The notes: generated by a model from the letters alone, not told the origin. 64,000 bases of DNA from the human T2T-CHM13v2.0 reference genome, Homo sapiens (GCF_009914755.1 NC_060926.1); one strand, 5' to 3'; positions 39,301 through 53,521 are shown, numbered from the stretch's first letter. Made by a program: numbers and translations.

Positions 39301-40857
39301 CCCCTTCTACCTCCAGGAGGCACAGTCTTGCTGCCCACATAGACCCCATGATCTGGTTGGGGAGAGGGCAGAAATTGGCCAATGACAGGGTGGTATGCTG
39401 GAAGAGGGGGTATGGGAAGCCCAGAGCACCAGGAATACAGGAACAGAAAGCGCTTATCAGCGGGGACGCATGAAGGCCTCCCCCCACGTCCCAGCCTTTC
39501 CCCAACCCCACCCACTGGGGGCCCTACCACCTTCTTCAGGTTGCCCTGTTCCAATGAGGGGCCTCCACTTCCAGGCAGACACCAGTGCCACTAAGGAGGG
39601 GAATCTTTTCAAAGCACATACTCATGAAGGCTTGGTAAAAATCAGCAGCACACCCACCTCGAAGAAGAGATATATGTGAGCTGCTCAGGATTCTCCAGCT
39701 AGTTTTGACAGGCATCCAGGAAAGGAAATTCCACACACCACTTTGGCAGGCTGGGCCAGAGTTTAAGAATCTCACTGTGGAGGAGTTTCTATCCAGCCCG
39801 CCGGCCACCCAGGCCCTTTCTCATCACTAAAACCCAGGCCTCTAGTGAAATATAATGAAATCTCTCCCACTAACGAAGGCCGCTCCCCACAAACCCCACT
39901 CCCAAGACTGCACATCTTATCTCCTATTTCCTTATTCCCGCCCATGGCTTTAAACCCTTGACTTTCTGGAAGATTTGGTTCAGCAGTGCTCAGCCCATGG
40001 CAGCTTCTATTACAGACAAAGTCCCCCTGTACTCAGAGGTCAGTGGTGCAGTTCACCTGGAGAGGGCCTAAGCAGGACCGACTCCCCCAGGGCCTCCTCC
40101 CCGGACCCAGACACATTCCTGGTTCCACTGCACAGAAGGAGCAAACCCAAGGCTTCCAACAGGCCCCACACCTCACTCCTCCCCTCCCTACCCTGCTCCA
40201 CCAATGTCTTCACTTTGCTAGGAAAAACGTCTCCCTGATAATCCCCTTATCTTTTATGCTTTTTGGGTTTTCTGTTTGCAAAAACTGATAACCTTCTTAT
40301 TCTGCTCCCAGGGGAAAACTGATAAAGGGTGAGTGCATGAATCAACGGTTGTGGACCATGTGGCTAGATTGCAACCAAGTCCATCTGTATTGCCTCCTTT
40401 GTAGGCACAATTTTATAACTTAATTTCCCTACCAAAACATCAGTGTTTACTTAGTAAGAAATCTGCTCTTTGTCAACTGAAAACAGTGATTTCTTTATTA
40501 CAGCTCTGCATAGGGAGTGACAGCTGAAAGCTGGCCAGGTCTGGTGTGGTGTCCGGGTCTGTGATGGGAACGGGGTGAGTGCAGGTCGCATATATGGGAT
40601 GCGTGTTTGCTGCAGACAGGGCTAGGGCTGGCCTGGAGGGAGCCTGGACAACAGATAGATGTTGTGGCCAAGAGGGCCCATGGAGTGATCATGTAGACGA
40701 CTGAGCCTCAGATGCTTTCCAGCAGTCACACACATTCACCACCACCACCAGCCCTGAGTTCCCCACCAGCGCCAGCCCTGTAGCCATCCTGCTCCTGGAA
40801 TCCCTATCCACTCAGCCAACTTAAACCAGAGACTACTTCTACCCAGCCATCCTTTTA

Positions 40858-41201
<344 letters not shown>

Positions 41202-41219
41202 AAAAGAACAACAAAAGCA

Positions 41220-42260
41220 TGTTTAAGATATCTGAGTAATTATGACATATACACCCTTATCCCCTGCTCACTCTAAGGACTGAGGACATGCCAGCACCTT
41301 TGAGGTCCCGTGTGCTCCCCAATCTCCTGCCTCAGGTCCTCCCCATCCCACCATTCTTTGGGATTCAGAGTTTATCACCCCTCACATCTTATGACGGTTT
41401 TACCTTGTGTCTGACTCCCCTAACAATGTATTAATTCGTTTTGCTTTGTCATGCTTTATATACATGGAATCATTGCGGAGGTATTCTTTGGGAACTTGCT
41501 TTCACACTCTACGTTCTTCCGAAGATTTTCCTGCTAATGTGTAGGGCTCTTCATTCATTTGGGCTGCTCTGAAGCAGTCTATGTTGACTGGCATTTGGGA
41601 TGTGTCTGTTTTTGCTAATTTGAACATGACTGCAGAAACACTTTTATACCATCCTCTGGGCCCCAAGTGCGGGGTTATTTAAAGTAAATGCATGTCTGGG
41701 AATGGAAATGCTGAGTCACAGGGGATTCATGTTCTCACCCTCCTAGACATTGCCAGACTTCGCCCGCTGGTTTTGCTAACACTCACTCCCACCAGCAGAG
41801 TTTGAGAGCTGGCCTTGCCCTGTATCCTTGTGATATCCTTGCCTCATCACTTTGGAGGTGATGGCCTCTACATTTTAATTTTTGCCAAAATGGCTCTTTT
41901 CTGTGATTCTAATTTTCTGTTTCCCTTATTACTAATGAACCTTGAGTGTTCTTTCACATGCTTATGGGCCACTAATGTTTCCTTCTTGGGAAATGTCTGT
42001 TGGGCTATTTTGCCCATTTTTCTATGAGGTCGTCTTTTTCCCATTATTTGAATAAGTATTTTGCACACTAAGGTTACTCATTATGTGGTTAGCAACATGT
42101 GTTGTGAATATCCTCTCCCAGTTCGTGCCTGGTCTCTTCACTGCCTTGATGGCAGGTTTGGGTGAAGAGAAGTTCCCATTGTAAAATAGCTCAGGTAGGT
42201 TACCGACATTTCTACTATGTTTTTCCCTGCATGTTCTCCTCCCACCCAGATGTCTGGTCA
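41220..42260 (-). mobile_element. Old L1M (L1ME-like) fragment
   Basis: tacatggaatcat...cactcccaccagcag...ttttaatttttgccaa...attactaatga...tttcacatgcttatgggcca. Confidence 0.75.
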
Positions 42261-42775
42261 GACCTTCAGCCTCTGGACTATAGTGGTTGTTCCCCAATAC
42301 AACATGTCCTTATTCAGCTATTCTCCCATCTCAGAACACCAGGCCTATACTACTCACCACCTCCATTCCATTCTCTTATAAGAGTCTGGGCACAGTTCAG
42401 ATGCCACCTCCTGCAGGAAGCCCTCTCAGATTGCACCAACAGAGTGGGTGAATTATTTTCCTCCCACCCCTCTTCCTGCTCCAGCACCTTGTATACTGTT
42501 AGAAGGCTATAGTCAGTGTCCATTCTCTCTCTGTGACCCCAGAGGTCCTGGCATGGTGATTCGGCCAAAGCACCAGTGTGAACTATGGGATTGAGGGCCT
42601 GTGATTTCCTGAGCTCGTAACTGGTCTTGGGAATGCCTGCCAAGCAGCAGCACCCTGTCTTACCATCACCATGGCTTCATGGGCACTCAGGGGGTCTGCT
42701 GAGATCTGTGCACTTGTGGATTCAGAGTAGACCTTGGGAATGTGGGGCACAGCACTTGTCAGTCAGGTTTGCAGC

Positions 42776-42915
42776 CACCTGCCCCCTCACTACCTGGGTG
42801 CATGCGGGGCCCTGGCCGGGTCTGTCTCAGAACCCCAGCTCCCCACACCTGCTCCCTCACTACCTGGGTGCATGTGGGGCCCTGGCCAAGTCGGCCTCAG
42901 ACCCCCAGCTCCCCA
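42776..42915. repeat. 70-bp tandem duplication (2 units)
   Basis: cacctgc(c/t)ccctcactacctgggtgcatg(c/t)ggggccctggcc...ccccagctcccca at 42776-42845 and 42846-42915. Confidence 0.93.
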
Positions 42916-44074
42916 CCATCAGTGCCATCAGAGGCCCATGCTCAGTAAACATCAGCTGATCCGGGGGAGTGACGTGTGGACGCAGACACAGATCAGCAAT
43001 GAATGTCTGCAAACTGCGGCCTCAGCTCCCGTACACAGAGCCTCCCCATGAGGACAGACTGCCACCAGACACACAGGAGAGTGCAGATTGATAAAAGACA
43101 TGGACTGCGCTTCAGTTTGAGGAAGGGACAGTTCTCCATTGTTTTCCAAAAGAATTTGCTGTACGGCTCTTAAAAAATGCAAATCCCCTTAGTACATTTT
43201 GGAAAGGACTTGATTTCTAGAACTTTTTAAAACAAATGTATGGGAAACATGGTAAGCAAGCTTGCCAGTGTACAGTTTCACCTACAAAACCAAACAACAA
43301 AACTCAAACCAACAAACGAAAACCCTGGGGAGGAGATTGAATTCCATCCAGAGGAGCGTTCTGGAGCTCTGTTTCTATTTGTCGGTAGAGCCGAGGGTGG
43401 CAGGAGCTGGCCTTGCTCTCCAGGGAGGCCCTGGGAGAGCAGACACATGCACGCCCTGTCCTGGCAGTAAGAAGTTCCAGTTTGGGGAGGAAGAGATGCA
43501 GGGCAAGCTTTGGGGACTCCAGCTTCCTTTCCAGCAGGTCAGTGGGCCCAGAGGACGCCTGCCCAGCATTTCTGAGGAAGTGGGCACCTGGTCCTGAGCA
43601 GCTCCGCAACAGGAAAAAGGTCCCAGTGTCTCCACTCTGGAGCTCCGTGGACCCACCCATGGCCCTGTGATCCTGGTGGGTGGTAGGCATCTTGGCCCAA
43701 AGGCAGGGCTGGTGTACACAAGCCAGCGGTTCCGAGGCAGGAGGAAATGGCATGCTGGGGCTGTGTGCTGGGTGGATTCTGGCTATGGGGAGTCAGTGAC
43801 CATGAAATCCAGGCGGCGGGGGGGAAAGCCCGCTCCACAGCCCTGTGCACATGGGGATGGGAACGCAGGACTCAGACACCTTCCTCCACCCAGCACAGGA
43901 GTTCCCCTACCCTGCCAGCCTGCCTCAAAGGGAGCATCTACTGGAACCTGGTTATTCCGAGCAATAAATAGGAGCCCTGCTAAGAGTTTAGTCTCAGAAG
44001 AACGATGGCACTAGTGACGGTGATGTCTGCCACCTCCCTAGGGCCAACTCTAGGCCAATGCAACATGCTTTCCA

Positions 44075-44545
44075 TGACGAGTTCATTTCCTGGGGCTGCT
44101 GTAACACGGTACCACGAACTCAGTGGCTTCAAACAATAGAAATATGTTCTCTCGGTTTCAGAGGTCAGAAGTCCAAAATCAGTATCACTGGAACAAGATC
44201 GAGGTGTCACCAGGGCTGTGCACCCTCAGAGACCCCCAGGGGAGACTCTGTCCTTGCCTTTCCCAGCTTCTGGTGCTGCCAACATTCCTTGGCTCCTGGC
44301 CATTTCCCTGTAGTCTCTGTCTCCCTGTCGCATGGCCATCTCATCTTCTGTGTCTCAGATCTTACTCTGCTGTCTAAAGACCCCATGATGGCATGTAGGG
44401 CCCACTCAGGTAACCCATAATCTCCTCATCTCCAAATCCTTGTCTTAATCACATCTGTCAAATCCCTTTTCCCAGTAAGTTCTTGTTCACAGGTTCCGGG
44501 GATAGAACATGGACATATCTCTGGGAGATCTCATGAGCCCCCCAC
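44075..44545 (-). mobile_element. MLT1 solo LTR
   Basis: tttcctggggctgctgtaacacggtaccacgaactcagtggcttcaaacaatagaaat...ttaatcacatctg...ttcacaggttccggggatag. Confidence 0.85.
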
Positions 44546-44704
44546 GTGCCTTCCCTCTGCTCCTCACAACAGATTTGTAAGATCACTGTCGTAACTGTTC
44601 AGAGACGGCACATACGTGCTCCCAGGCAGGAGTGAGCTGAGGTGAGCCGGGACCCATGTCTTCTGCAGTAGTGTCTGTGCTCTTCCCTGGACACGCTCCC
44701 TGCT

Positions 44705-44905
44705 TTATTCATTCATTCATTCACTCATTCGTTCACGCCCTCACTCATTCATTCATTCATTCGTTCACGCCCTCATTCATTCATTCATTCATTCACTCAT
44801 TCGTTCACACCCTCACTCACTCATTCATTCATTCGTTCACACCCTCACTCACTCATTCATTCATTCGTTCACGCCCTCACTCACTCATTCATTCATTCAT
44901 TCATT
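44705..44905. repeat. Expanded (TTCA)n array with higher-order units, at an antisense L2 tail
   Basis: ttca units punctuated five times by ttcgttcac(g/a)ccctca; followed by L2-like tatttgagcatgctgtatgtccctggca. Confidence 0.9.
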
Positions 44906-46209
44906 CAGCACACACGTATTTGAGCATGCTGTATGTCCCTGGCATGTGCGGAGCCAGGTGCAGGGCCAGCGTATGAACAGAAACGGATACAGGAGACAGG
45001 AGGCCTGTGAGCTCACAGCTGAGGATATCTGGTCATCAGCTGAGATGGACGTGCTCAGGTCAGAGGAAGGAGCCACCTAACACAGAAGCACCGTAGGAGG
45101 ATCCTGACCTTGACCTGGGGCTAGGGGGCACCTTGGGTGAGAGGTCCCTGAGCTGGCACCTCTGGGAGGAGAACAGGAGTTAACTGGGGGAAGGGATGAA
45201 GAGGGGAAGGGCATGACTGGAGGTGCAGACATCAAAGGGCAAAGCTGTGAGAGGCAAGCATGGCCAAGGACCAGAGAGTGGCATACAGGACACAGAGGGG
45301 AGAGGCAGGCCCTGGCCACATGGGATTGTGGCCCCTCGCCTGCTGCCACTGAGGTCATAAGTCACCCTGAGAAGCAGGCAGGTGGTGAGATTTGTAGGCT
45401 CATATCCCCAAGTGACTGGGCCTCCTTTTCTCTTCATCAGCAACAGCTGTTGGACCAGTCTGGGGGCATCCGGGTGCCTGTGTTCCCACCCGCTGCTGCC
45501 GCTGGCCTCACTGTGGCCATGCCCCTGGTGCTTTGGGACTCAGCAGTGCTGTCTGTTAAATGGGACATGAAGGAGCTGTTCCTGCCTGTGTCTGGCCCCA
45601 GCGACCAGCACAGATCTCGGAGCAAAGCCATCTCTGGCATGCCAAGGGTGGGCTTCTCCTCTGACTCCAACCCCCGAGTGGGACAGCCCGCCCTGATGGC
45701 TGGTGCTGAGTCTGGGTGAGTCAGCAGCCCTCAGCTCCACATTGTTCAGCTTCTCCAAGCAGGCACCGAGGCTGGGGTGTGGGGGCCCCAATCCCTGCAC
45801 TTCCTTCCCTTTCTCTCACACCTTAAGGAACATGCCGGTTCTTGCCCCCACACCTTGGCTCAGGCGGTGCTCAGGCCAGATGCCCTCCTTTCTCCTCCCC
45901 AGCCCTCAAAGTCTTACTTGTTTCTCAGGCAGAAGCTACACACCGTCCAGGTACACATCCCCCATCATTCTCACTCCCAGGGACAGCACCCACTCCGAGG
46001 GTCTGGCATGCTCGCTTAGGCCCAGCCAGCTGCATGCTGAGTTACACATGGCTGTGCAGAGTGCTCATTACCTTGACCTTTTATCTCCCACCAAAAATCT
46101 CATGTCAGCAGATGGGGAAGGGTCCTGGGATTTGATGCCGAAAGGTGTGGCCTGGGTCTGCTGCACTCTCTGAGCTGCTTTCGTTTGCTCATCTGCTAGA
46201 TGAGCGGGG

Positions 46210-46760
46210 TGAGCACTAATTGAGCACCTACTAAGTGCCTGGTGCTACACTGCATGCTTTCCATGCTTGGCTCATCCTACCTCACAGCTGCCCCACCTGC
46301 GGGCAAGGGATCCTGAGGCTCAGGGCACATAGCACTGAGGCTGCAACAGCACCAAAGCCATGATTCAGACCTAGATCTGTGACTTCAGAGTCCAGATTCT
46401 GCTTATCAGTGGGGGTGGCCCCCTCAGCCTGCACTGCCCCAGAGTCACCTTGGGGACCAGCTGAAATTAGGCCTGCCAGGGGACCACCAAGCCAACCTTC
46501 TCGAGAACTGAGACAGCGAGGGTGGAGCCAGCACGAGCCTGCATCTGGGTGGACCATTAGACATGTCAGTGCCCAATCCAACTTCACAGGGGCAGAGAGG
46601 CTGGCCTTCTACTCCCACTCGGCCACCTCCAGCTCTGCAACCGTGGGCAAGTCACATGACTTCCTTGAGTCTCAGTTTCCTGGTCTGTAAAATGGAGCTA
46701 ATGAAATCTGCCTTGCAGGCTTGCTGGATGTATTGCACGTAGTAGGCGTTCTGCAAATGC
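46210..46760. mobile_element. MIR fragments (antisense 46210-46400, sense 46600-46760)
   Basis: ttgagcacctactaagtgcctgg...ctgaggctcag; gggcaagtcacatgacttccttgagtctcagtttcctggtctgtaaaatgg. Confidence 0.7.
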
Positions 46761-47459
46761 TGACGACTTTGTCAGCAGCAGCAGCATCCCTGTGGCAGCA
46801 GCCACAGAGTTAACACAGCAGCCATGCAGTGACACCTCAGTTTACTTTATCCATTCTCCCTTTTCCCCTCTTCCTTACTTCCATTCTTTCTTACTTCCCC
46901 TAACCACCATGCTGACCCTTGGGCCTGGTCCTGAAATCCCATCCAAGGGCTTTGCCAGGGATCTCCCACTAGGGAGGGAGGGAAAGAGGGAAGAGGAAGG
47001 ATCCTGCTAAGGAGAGGCCTTTCCTGGCACTGCCTGCAGCCTCCTGGGGCAAGGACCCAATCACAGTCAGCAGGCCAGAACCAACATCGGGAAGAAGCAT
47101 AGGCATCCTCCACTGCAGCGGAGTCAGCCGTGAGGCCGGGCTCCTGCTCCTTGTTGCTGCTGCCGCTGGTCGCTAACACGTGCACAGCACACACACACAC
47201 AAACACACACACACGAGGAAAAGGGGCTTTGGTTGGTTGTCCTACTTGCCCAGAGTCCCCTGCTTGTGCCTCATGCCCAGACACAGAAGGACATGCCCAG
47301 CTGCACCCTCCAGCCTCGGCCACTGTGGGCAGGATGTCCAGGGACCCTCTCCTGTTCTGCAGGTGGGTGGATGGACAGGCCCGAGCACTTATGGCTGGGG
47401 TCTGCCTTGCAGGGTGCCAGGCCCAGGATCATTCTGGGCAATGGGAAGCTGTGTGGGTC

Positions 47460-47790
47460 AACAAATGTCTTAGCTCACATAACTGAGAAGGCCAAGGATA
47501 CTAGCTTTAGACAGAGGGACTCAAGTCAAGAAACTGGCTCATCCTCTCTCAGCTCTGATGTTCTCTGTATCATCTTCCTTCTTGGGCTCTCCCCTGCATG
47601 GCCTCCAGCAGCCCCACGCTTGCACCCTACGAGCTCAGCAACCCTTGCGGACAGAGAGAACCAAAGACTCTAGCCAAAGCTGCTGTCTTGGGCACATGCC
47701 TATCTTTGAACCGATCACAGTACTAGCAATATGGAATACATTGATCACCTGGGCTCAGGTCATGTGTCCCCTGCCCAGAGCAGCAGAAAG
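47460..47790 (-). mobile_element. Old MLT1J/K-like LTR fragment
   Basis: tagctcacataactgagaag...tgaaccgatcac...attgatcacctgggctcaggtcatgtg. Confidence 0.45.
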
Positions 47791-47860
47791 GAAGTGGGTT
47801 CAATATAGACCCAGCCCAAAGCACTCTGTGGGCTGTGCCCTGCCCCTCAGGCATAACCTT

Positions 47861-47862
<2 letters not shown>

Positions 47863-47914
<52 letters not shown>
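47863..47914. repeat. (CA)26 microsatellite
   Basis: Perfect CA run. Confidence 0.95.
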
Positions 47915-47915
<1 letters not shown>

Positions 47916-50900
47916 CTTTGTGCTCCAGCCTTTCTTTGCACACACTGCTTCCTTTGTTGGTAATGCACTGCCTCGTGAACTCCTATTCATCCCTCAAGAC
48001 CCAGCCCTAATGTCACCTTCTCTGAGAAGCCTTCCTGCACACTTCCAGGCAGAGTTAGAGAATCACTCCTCTGCTGGAGCCCTTATCATACTGCCTGGTA
48101 ATTACCTGATTTCATGGGTCTGCCTCTTTCCCCCTGGGCTCTGAGCTGCCTACAGGTCCCTAGGCACAGCCCTGTTGGGAGCGTGAAGAAATGTAAGAAG
48201 GAACAACTGGTCAGATCAGGCTCAGACGAGCTCTGAGCTGGACTGAGGGGAGAAGGCAATGCATAGGGGCAGTGTCCTGAGCTGAGCGGCCTGCAGAAGG
48301 GCTGGCTGTGCCACTGGTTGATTGTGCCATGGGAGTGTGTGAGGGTGTGCACATGTGTATCTGTGATGTAGGAGACTGTGACCATCTTTTAAATTGAGCT
48401 CATGCAGCCAGCTCCTCCTCCCATCCTGAAGGGCGTCTCTTTGAGTCTCTGCCTAGCTGTCGGAATTCAAGGACTGGATGGCCGTGGCTCACACCAAGGC
48501 CGGGCCCCTGCAGTACAGCAGTGTGGAAATGGAAGAAGAAAGGGAGGTTGCTGCTGGGGTCAGCCTGAAGTGGTGGTTCAGACTTCACCAGTAGTCGCCT
48601 TTCCTGGTGAAGTCTCCATGGCTCAATCGTCTGCTCACTGGCGCTGGCAACACTGAGGTATCATGAGACCCTCAGCTGGGGCCTGGGATGGGGGCAAGTG
48701 TCCAAGAAAGAGGGGCACTGGACCCTGAAGGACCTGCTGTGTGGTTTGGCAATGCTGGCGTGTTTCAGGGCTGCTGGGAAGCGCCCTCAGGCCCCACATG
48801 CCTGTGTGATGCTGGCAGTTCTGCCAGCTCTGGCCCATTCCTCTGGCTGTGTTTAGTCTGTCAAAATGACCATCTCTGGGAACATGTGTGCCCCTGGATC
48901 CTTAGCGGTCATCACAACATAGTGGGGTTGGGGGGTTCCAGCTCCCTACCCAGAGTAGGGTGGGATTGTATGTGATGACCTGGTAGGGGTGGGGTGGGGA
49001 CCAGAGACAGAGAAGAAGCTGAAACGGTGGGGAGAAAGCTCTCCTGCCCTCAGGTACTGCCCCCTCCCTTATCCTGTCCACACCCTGAGCCCTGCTTACC
49101 ACCAACCAGTGTCATCAAGAACGCCCACTTCCCTGCCAGGGCACAGGCAGGGGCTCCAGCCCAGCCCCACCTGGGTTGGTTGTGGTTCTACCACCTGCTA
49201 TCTGGGCACCCTTGGCCAAGGGACCTAGCCTATCTGGGGATGTTCCCATCCACAAGATGGGCATAAAGTGCCTGTGTTGTGAATGTTTTATTTGAATTCA
49301 CAAAGAAAATATGTGCATGTGCCCCACCGATGGCTGGCACACAGTCAGCCCTACCCTGGGGAGATACCAGGTAAGAGCACGGCTGTGATCTCACTGGCCC
49401 TGTGCAAAAGAGACATCTCGGAAGGCTTCCTGGAGGAAGTGTCTAGACAGTCATTGATGGCTACGATGGCCAGTGGGCCTGTCTCTGGTATTGTGTGCCC
49501 TGGGTTTCCAGGCCAGCAGACACTCTATATTCCAAATTGGCTTGTTGCTGAGGAGAGAAGGAAAGGGAGTTAATGCATATAAACCCCCTACCAGGTGCCC
49601 GGCCCTGGTCATTTCACACCACCCTGGTGAGGCACCAGAGAGGAGCAGCATTCTGGCTGAGGCTACACAGCCAAGCGGGAAGGATTAGGAAGCCAGTGCC
49701 CTTGAAGGGACAGGCAGTGCCAGGTGCAGCATCCTGCCCCACCTTGCTGCATCCCGAGAGCATTTGTATCTGCCTCCGGGGGATGGCTCTGTGGCTCACA
49801 TCCCCCTCTTCAGGCCCGGCACTGCAGCCTTCCCTGGCACAGGGGAAGAGCAAGGGTTGCTCCGTACCCTTGAGTTGGACCTGTTGTGGAGGCTGGCCTG
49901 TCTCTCCACTGCCCCTGATAGAATCTGTTCTGGGGTAGGATAGTGGCATCTTCCAGCTTTCTGTCTGGTCACACCAAGGGAACAGTCAGTCCTGGACAGC
50001 AGTGCTGTGATGGGGCGGGTAGTGCCTCGATGAGGGAGTCCCAGCCTGGGAGTGAGGCCCGCTGGAGGGAGCTCCTGCTTGCCTCTCACTGGCCGCACAG
50101 CATGGAGAATGACTCCCCTGTCTGGATGCAGTGTGCTCGTGGTCAAGTGCAGTGGTTGGTTCCATTTTTCCATACCCTCCTGAGGGGCACACAGCCGGTG
50201 CTTACTTCATGGGGGCTGCCATGAGGATATAGTCCAGGCATCCCTGCAGAGACCCCTGGATGTCCCTACAGAGCCCAGGGCCTGAGAGAGGAAAAGGCTG
50301 CCCTGGGCTACCCCTGGGCTCCTGACTCCCTTGGTGATGCTTGCGGTGGGAAGGGGGAGGTGGAGTCTACCTTCCCCAAATGGTGGCAACTGCACCGTGG
50401 AGGCGGAAGTCCCAGCTCCTCCATGTGTGACCCAGGCCCCACCTGCCATCTCCAGGCCCAGCTGCCTCCATGGCAGCCCCAGACAGTGGTGTGCATGTGG
50501 CTGTGACAACACCTCACTCCGGGCCTCTCAGGGGAGGCTCACCTGGCCAGTGGGACCTGGGTCACCTTGGACAGACTGGGCCTGCTGTGTGGCCTCACCA
50601 TGTAGCTTGAAATCCCCACGTGATCAATGGCTATCGCAGGGGGCCTCAGCTGTGGTTGGCACACCCCACAGGGCAACCCTGGTGCCAGGGAGGCTGGCAT
50701 TCCCGGGACCTGAACAAGCCACGTAGGGCCACCGGCATCTGATTACAGGCTACTGTGACCTCAAACCCTGGCCGGCATCCTGCAGGCTCTGGGAACCTGC
50801 CGTGCCTGGAGTGTCTGGGGAGGACCGAGAAGTCAGGACAGAAGGCACCTTAGCTATTCTCTCAGCCTGTAGACACCCTGCATTTTGCTGAGCCACACTC

Positions 50901-51999
50901 AGCCTTCCAGAACTTGTATCCTTCAGCCCAGGTCTGCCCCCAGGAGCCATAGAGGCGTGATGTTGTCTCAGAGCCTTCTCTTCACAACCCACCCATCCCG
51001 TGGCAGGATGTGAGTGTCATCCTGCTGCAGTCACAGGCTGGAGCCCACAGGACCTGCCCTTGTCCAGGGGTGCATTAGTCTGGTCCCACTTCTCCTCTCC
51101 CGGGCACACATAGCAGCCCCCGCCTAGGCTAAAGCTATCTGTTAAGCCCTCCGCATTTCATGCAGTTCCCATGCAGAGGCACCCACCTCTACAGGCAGGC
51201 TGTGAGTGAGAACGTCTTGAGGTTGTGACTTGTGACTTATTCCACAGTCTCCCTCCCATTGAGCTCAGTGGCTGGCACACAGACATGTGGCTGTCACTGA
51301 TTCTGAAGGTACCTCTGAGCACCTGCATGACGCCAGTTCCATGCCAAGTGCTGAGCATGCAGAAGAGCCTCGGACATGCCCTGCTCCCAGGCAGAGCCTG
51401 GGAACCTGGCAGATGCACCTGTCAGCTTGAGCCTGGAACAGTGCACCCTTGGGGAGCAGAGAGAAGGGATCCTGAGCCAAGAGAAGGGGCTTCAGGGAGG
51501 GTGCCACCTGCTGGGCTGACAGGGATGAGAAGGAGTTTGCCACCACAGTATAGGGTGCAGGAAGGCATTGGAGGCCAAGGATTGGTGTAGGCAAAAAGGC
51601 AGAAGCAGGTTCGTGGGATCTACATGAGCAGGGCAGTCACGTCTGCTGAAGCTAGACAACCAAACTGCGGAAGACTCCCTCCAGGCCTGGCACAGCGGCC
51701 TCCCAGGGGGGTGTTTGTGAAACCCAGATGTGAGGATATCTGGATGTCACCTGTTTGGGTCCTGGTTTGTACTGTACTGTAAGCCCAGTTTTCATGCACT
51801 ATTGAGCATGATCAGTAATTATCTCTGGTTTGCTCAGCCAACAGACAAATCATTTCCTCCCTGAAATAACCAGTTCCAGCAGTGGCCTTTCACACGTCCA
51901 GCATCAATCCAGTGTGAAGATTGGGAGGGCCTCCCGGGCAATGCTAGGTTAGCCCTCAAAGTGTGGTTCTAACCCTCTAACAGCAGTTCTCCTTTCATG

Positions 52000-52160
52000 A
52001 CTGCCTGCCATGTCTCTGGCACAGTTTTGGGGACTTTCATCCTCACGACAACCCTATGAAACAGACACTATTATGATCCCCATTCCACAGATGAGGAAAC
52101 TGAGGCTCGGAGAGGTTACAGTGTGATGTGGCTGGGATTCTAACCCAGGTTTGTCTGATT
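52000..52160 (-). mobile_element. MIR
   Basis: cctcacgacaaccctatga...ccccattccacagatgaggaaactgaggctcggagaggtta...gggattctaacccagg. Confidence 0.88.
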
Positions 52161-53165
52161 CTAACACACTCTCTTTTCTTTGCACAATGTCAAATTATAG
52201 ACTAAAGAATAAAAATGAAATCTTGGTAAATGTGGTTCCTGGTGACTTAGCTGTGGTTTTGCAGCTGCTTCACCATAAAGTCTGATTCATCTTTAATGAG
52301 TGAGTTTTGGAGTAGATTACCTCAAAATACACCTGCAGCTGCATAGAGGCCCCAGGTCAGCAGGCCTGACATAAGGGCCTGAGGTCACATCGAATGGATT
52401 CCATGACTCTTGGTGGGCGGACTTGGGGACATGGGGGTGGGCCCTGGCCATGCCAGCCCAAGCCAGCGGCACCAAGCCCAATGCACACCTGACTATTGGG
52501 GCATCGGAGAAGGGTGGTTCTGTTAGCGCTAGGAGGAATTCCATGGAAGGAGAACGAGGAGATATTCCAAGATTTTAGTTAGGGCTCATCAATTTCAAAA
52601 CTTGCCTTGAATCCTGACCCTGCGGCCGAGCTGGTCACACCAGCAACCAACCATCCAACTGAAGCCAGAAACTCTCCACTTGCAGGACATCTCCTGATCC
52701 CTCTCTTTTTCACATATCCTGTTAGCAGTATGAGCTCTTTGCGTTTTACCCGTGGTATTCGTATTTTCATATTCGTTTTCATACATGTTTCTAGCATGCA
52801 AGCCTGTGCCTAGCCCCGAGGAGGCACTGGGGAAGCCACAGTGCAACTGTGACGTGTGGGCGGCCTGCTGTGCGTGTGCTCCAGCAAGTCCAGTCGCGGG
52901 TGCGAGGTCCATTCTCCAGCGTGGAACTGGTCGGCGGGTGCACGCACCAGCGTGGAGCTTTCACTCTGCATTCACTGACTAATGCTTGAGAGTTCAGACT
53001 GTAATTCACGGATGACCAGGGGAATGTCGGTGTAGCAAATAATAAGTGCAGGTTGTTCTGGAAAGTCTTTCCAGGAGAGACAAGGACTGTCCATGTTGGT
53101 TTTGGGGTCTTGGTGGGGTTCCCTCTGTGTCCTCCTTCTTAGACGGCTGCCCATTGTCTCTGCAG

Positions 53166-53368
53166 GCCCCCTGCCCTCAGCGGCAGCCCTGTCATCTCTG
53201 ACATCTCCTTGATCCGGCTTTCCCCGCACCCGGCTGGCCCTGGGGAGTCCCCCTTCAACGCCCCCCACCCGTACGTGAACCCCCACATGGAGCACTACCT
53301 CCGTTCTGTGCACAGCAGCCCCACGCTCTCCATGATCTCTGCAGCCAGGGGCCTCAGCCCCGCTGATG
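53166..53368 (+). CDS. GLI2: GLI2 coding exon, 203 nt (exon 4)
   Basis: Acceptor ttgtctctgcag| and donor GATG|gtgagt. Translates (G)[67 protein letters not shown], in phase with the previous exon. Confidence 0.97.
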
Positions 53369-53432
53369 GTGAGTAGGGTGTGGGGATGGGGAGGGGCAGC
53401 TAGGGCACTGGGGCAGGGCGCAGCCAGCCTCT

Positions 53433-53521
53433 CTCACACTAACACTGTCAACTCCTCAGCCTTGGTCCCCTTGAATGGTGACCAGGCTGGCTGGCGTTCC
53501 TTCACACTACTTCCAAACAAC
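53433..53521 (+). repeat. ~87-bp direct duplication B, copy 1
   Basis: Matches 54846-54930; first 23 nt identical, about 85-87% overall, one 4-nt indel. Confidence 0.9.

Noticed and set aside
44705-44905. Regularly spaced repeats superficially like a CRISPR array
   Set aside because: The spacers are TTCA microsatellite rather than unique sequence, the context is mammalian, and there are no cas genes.
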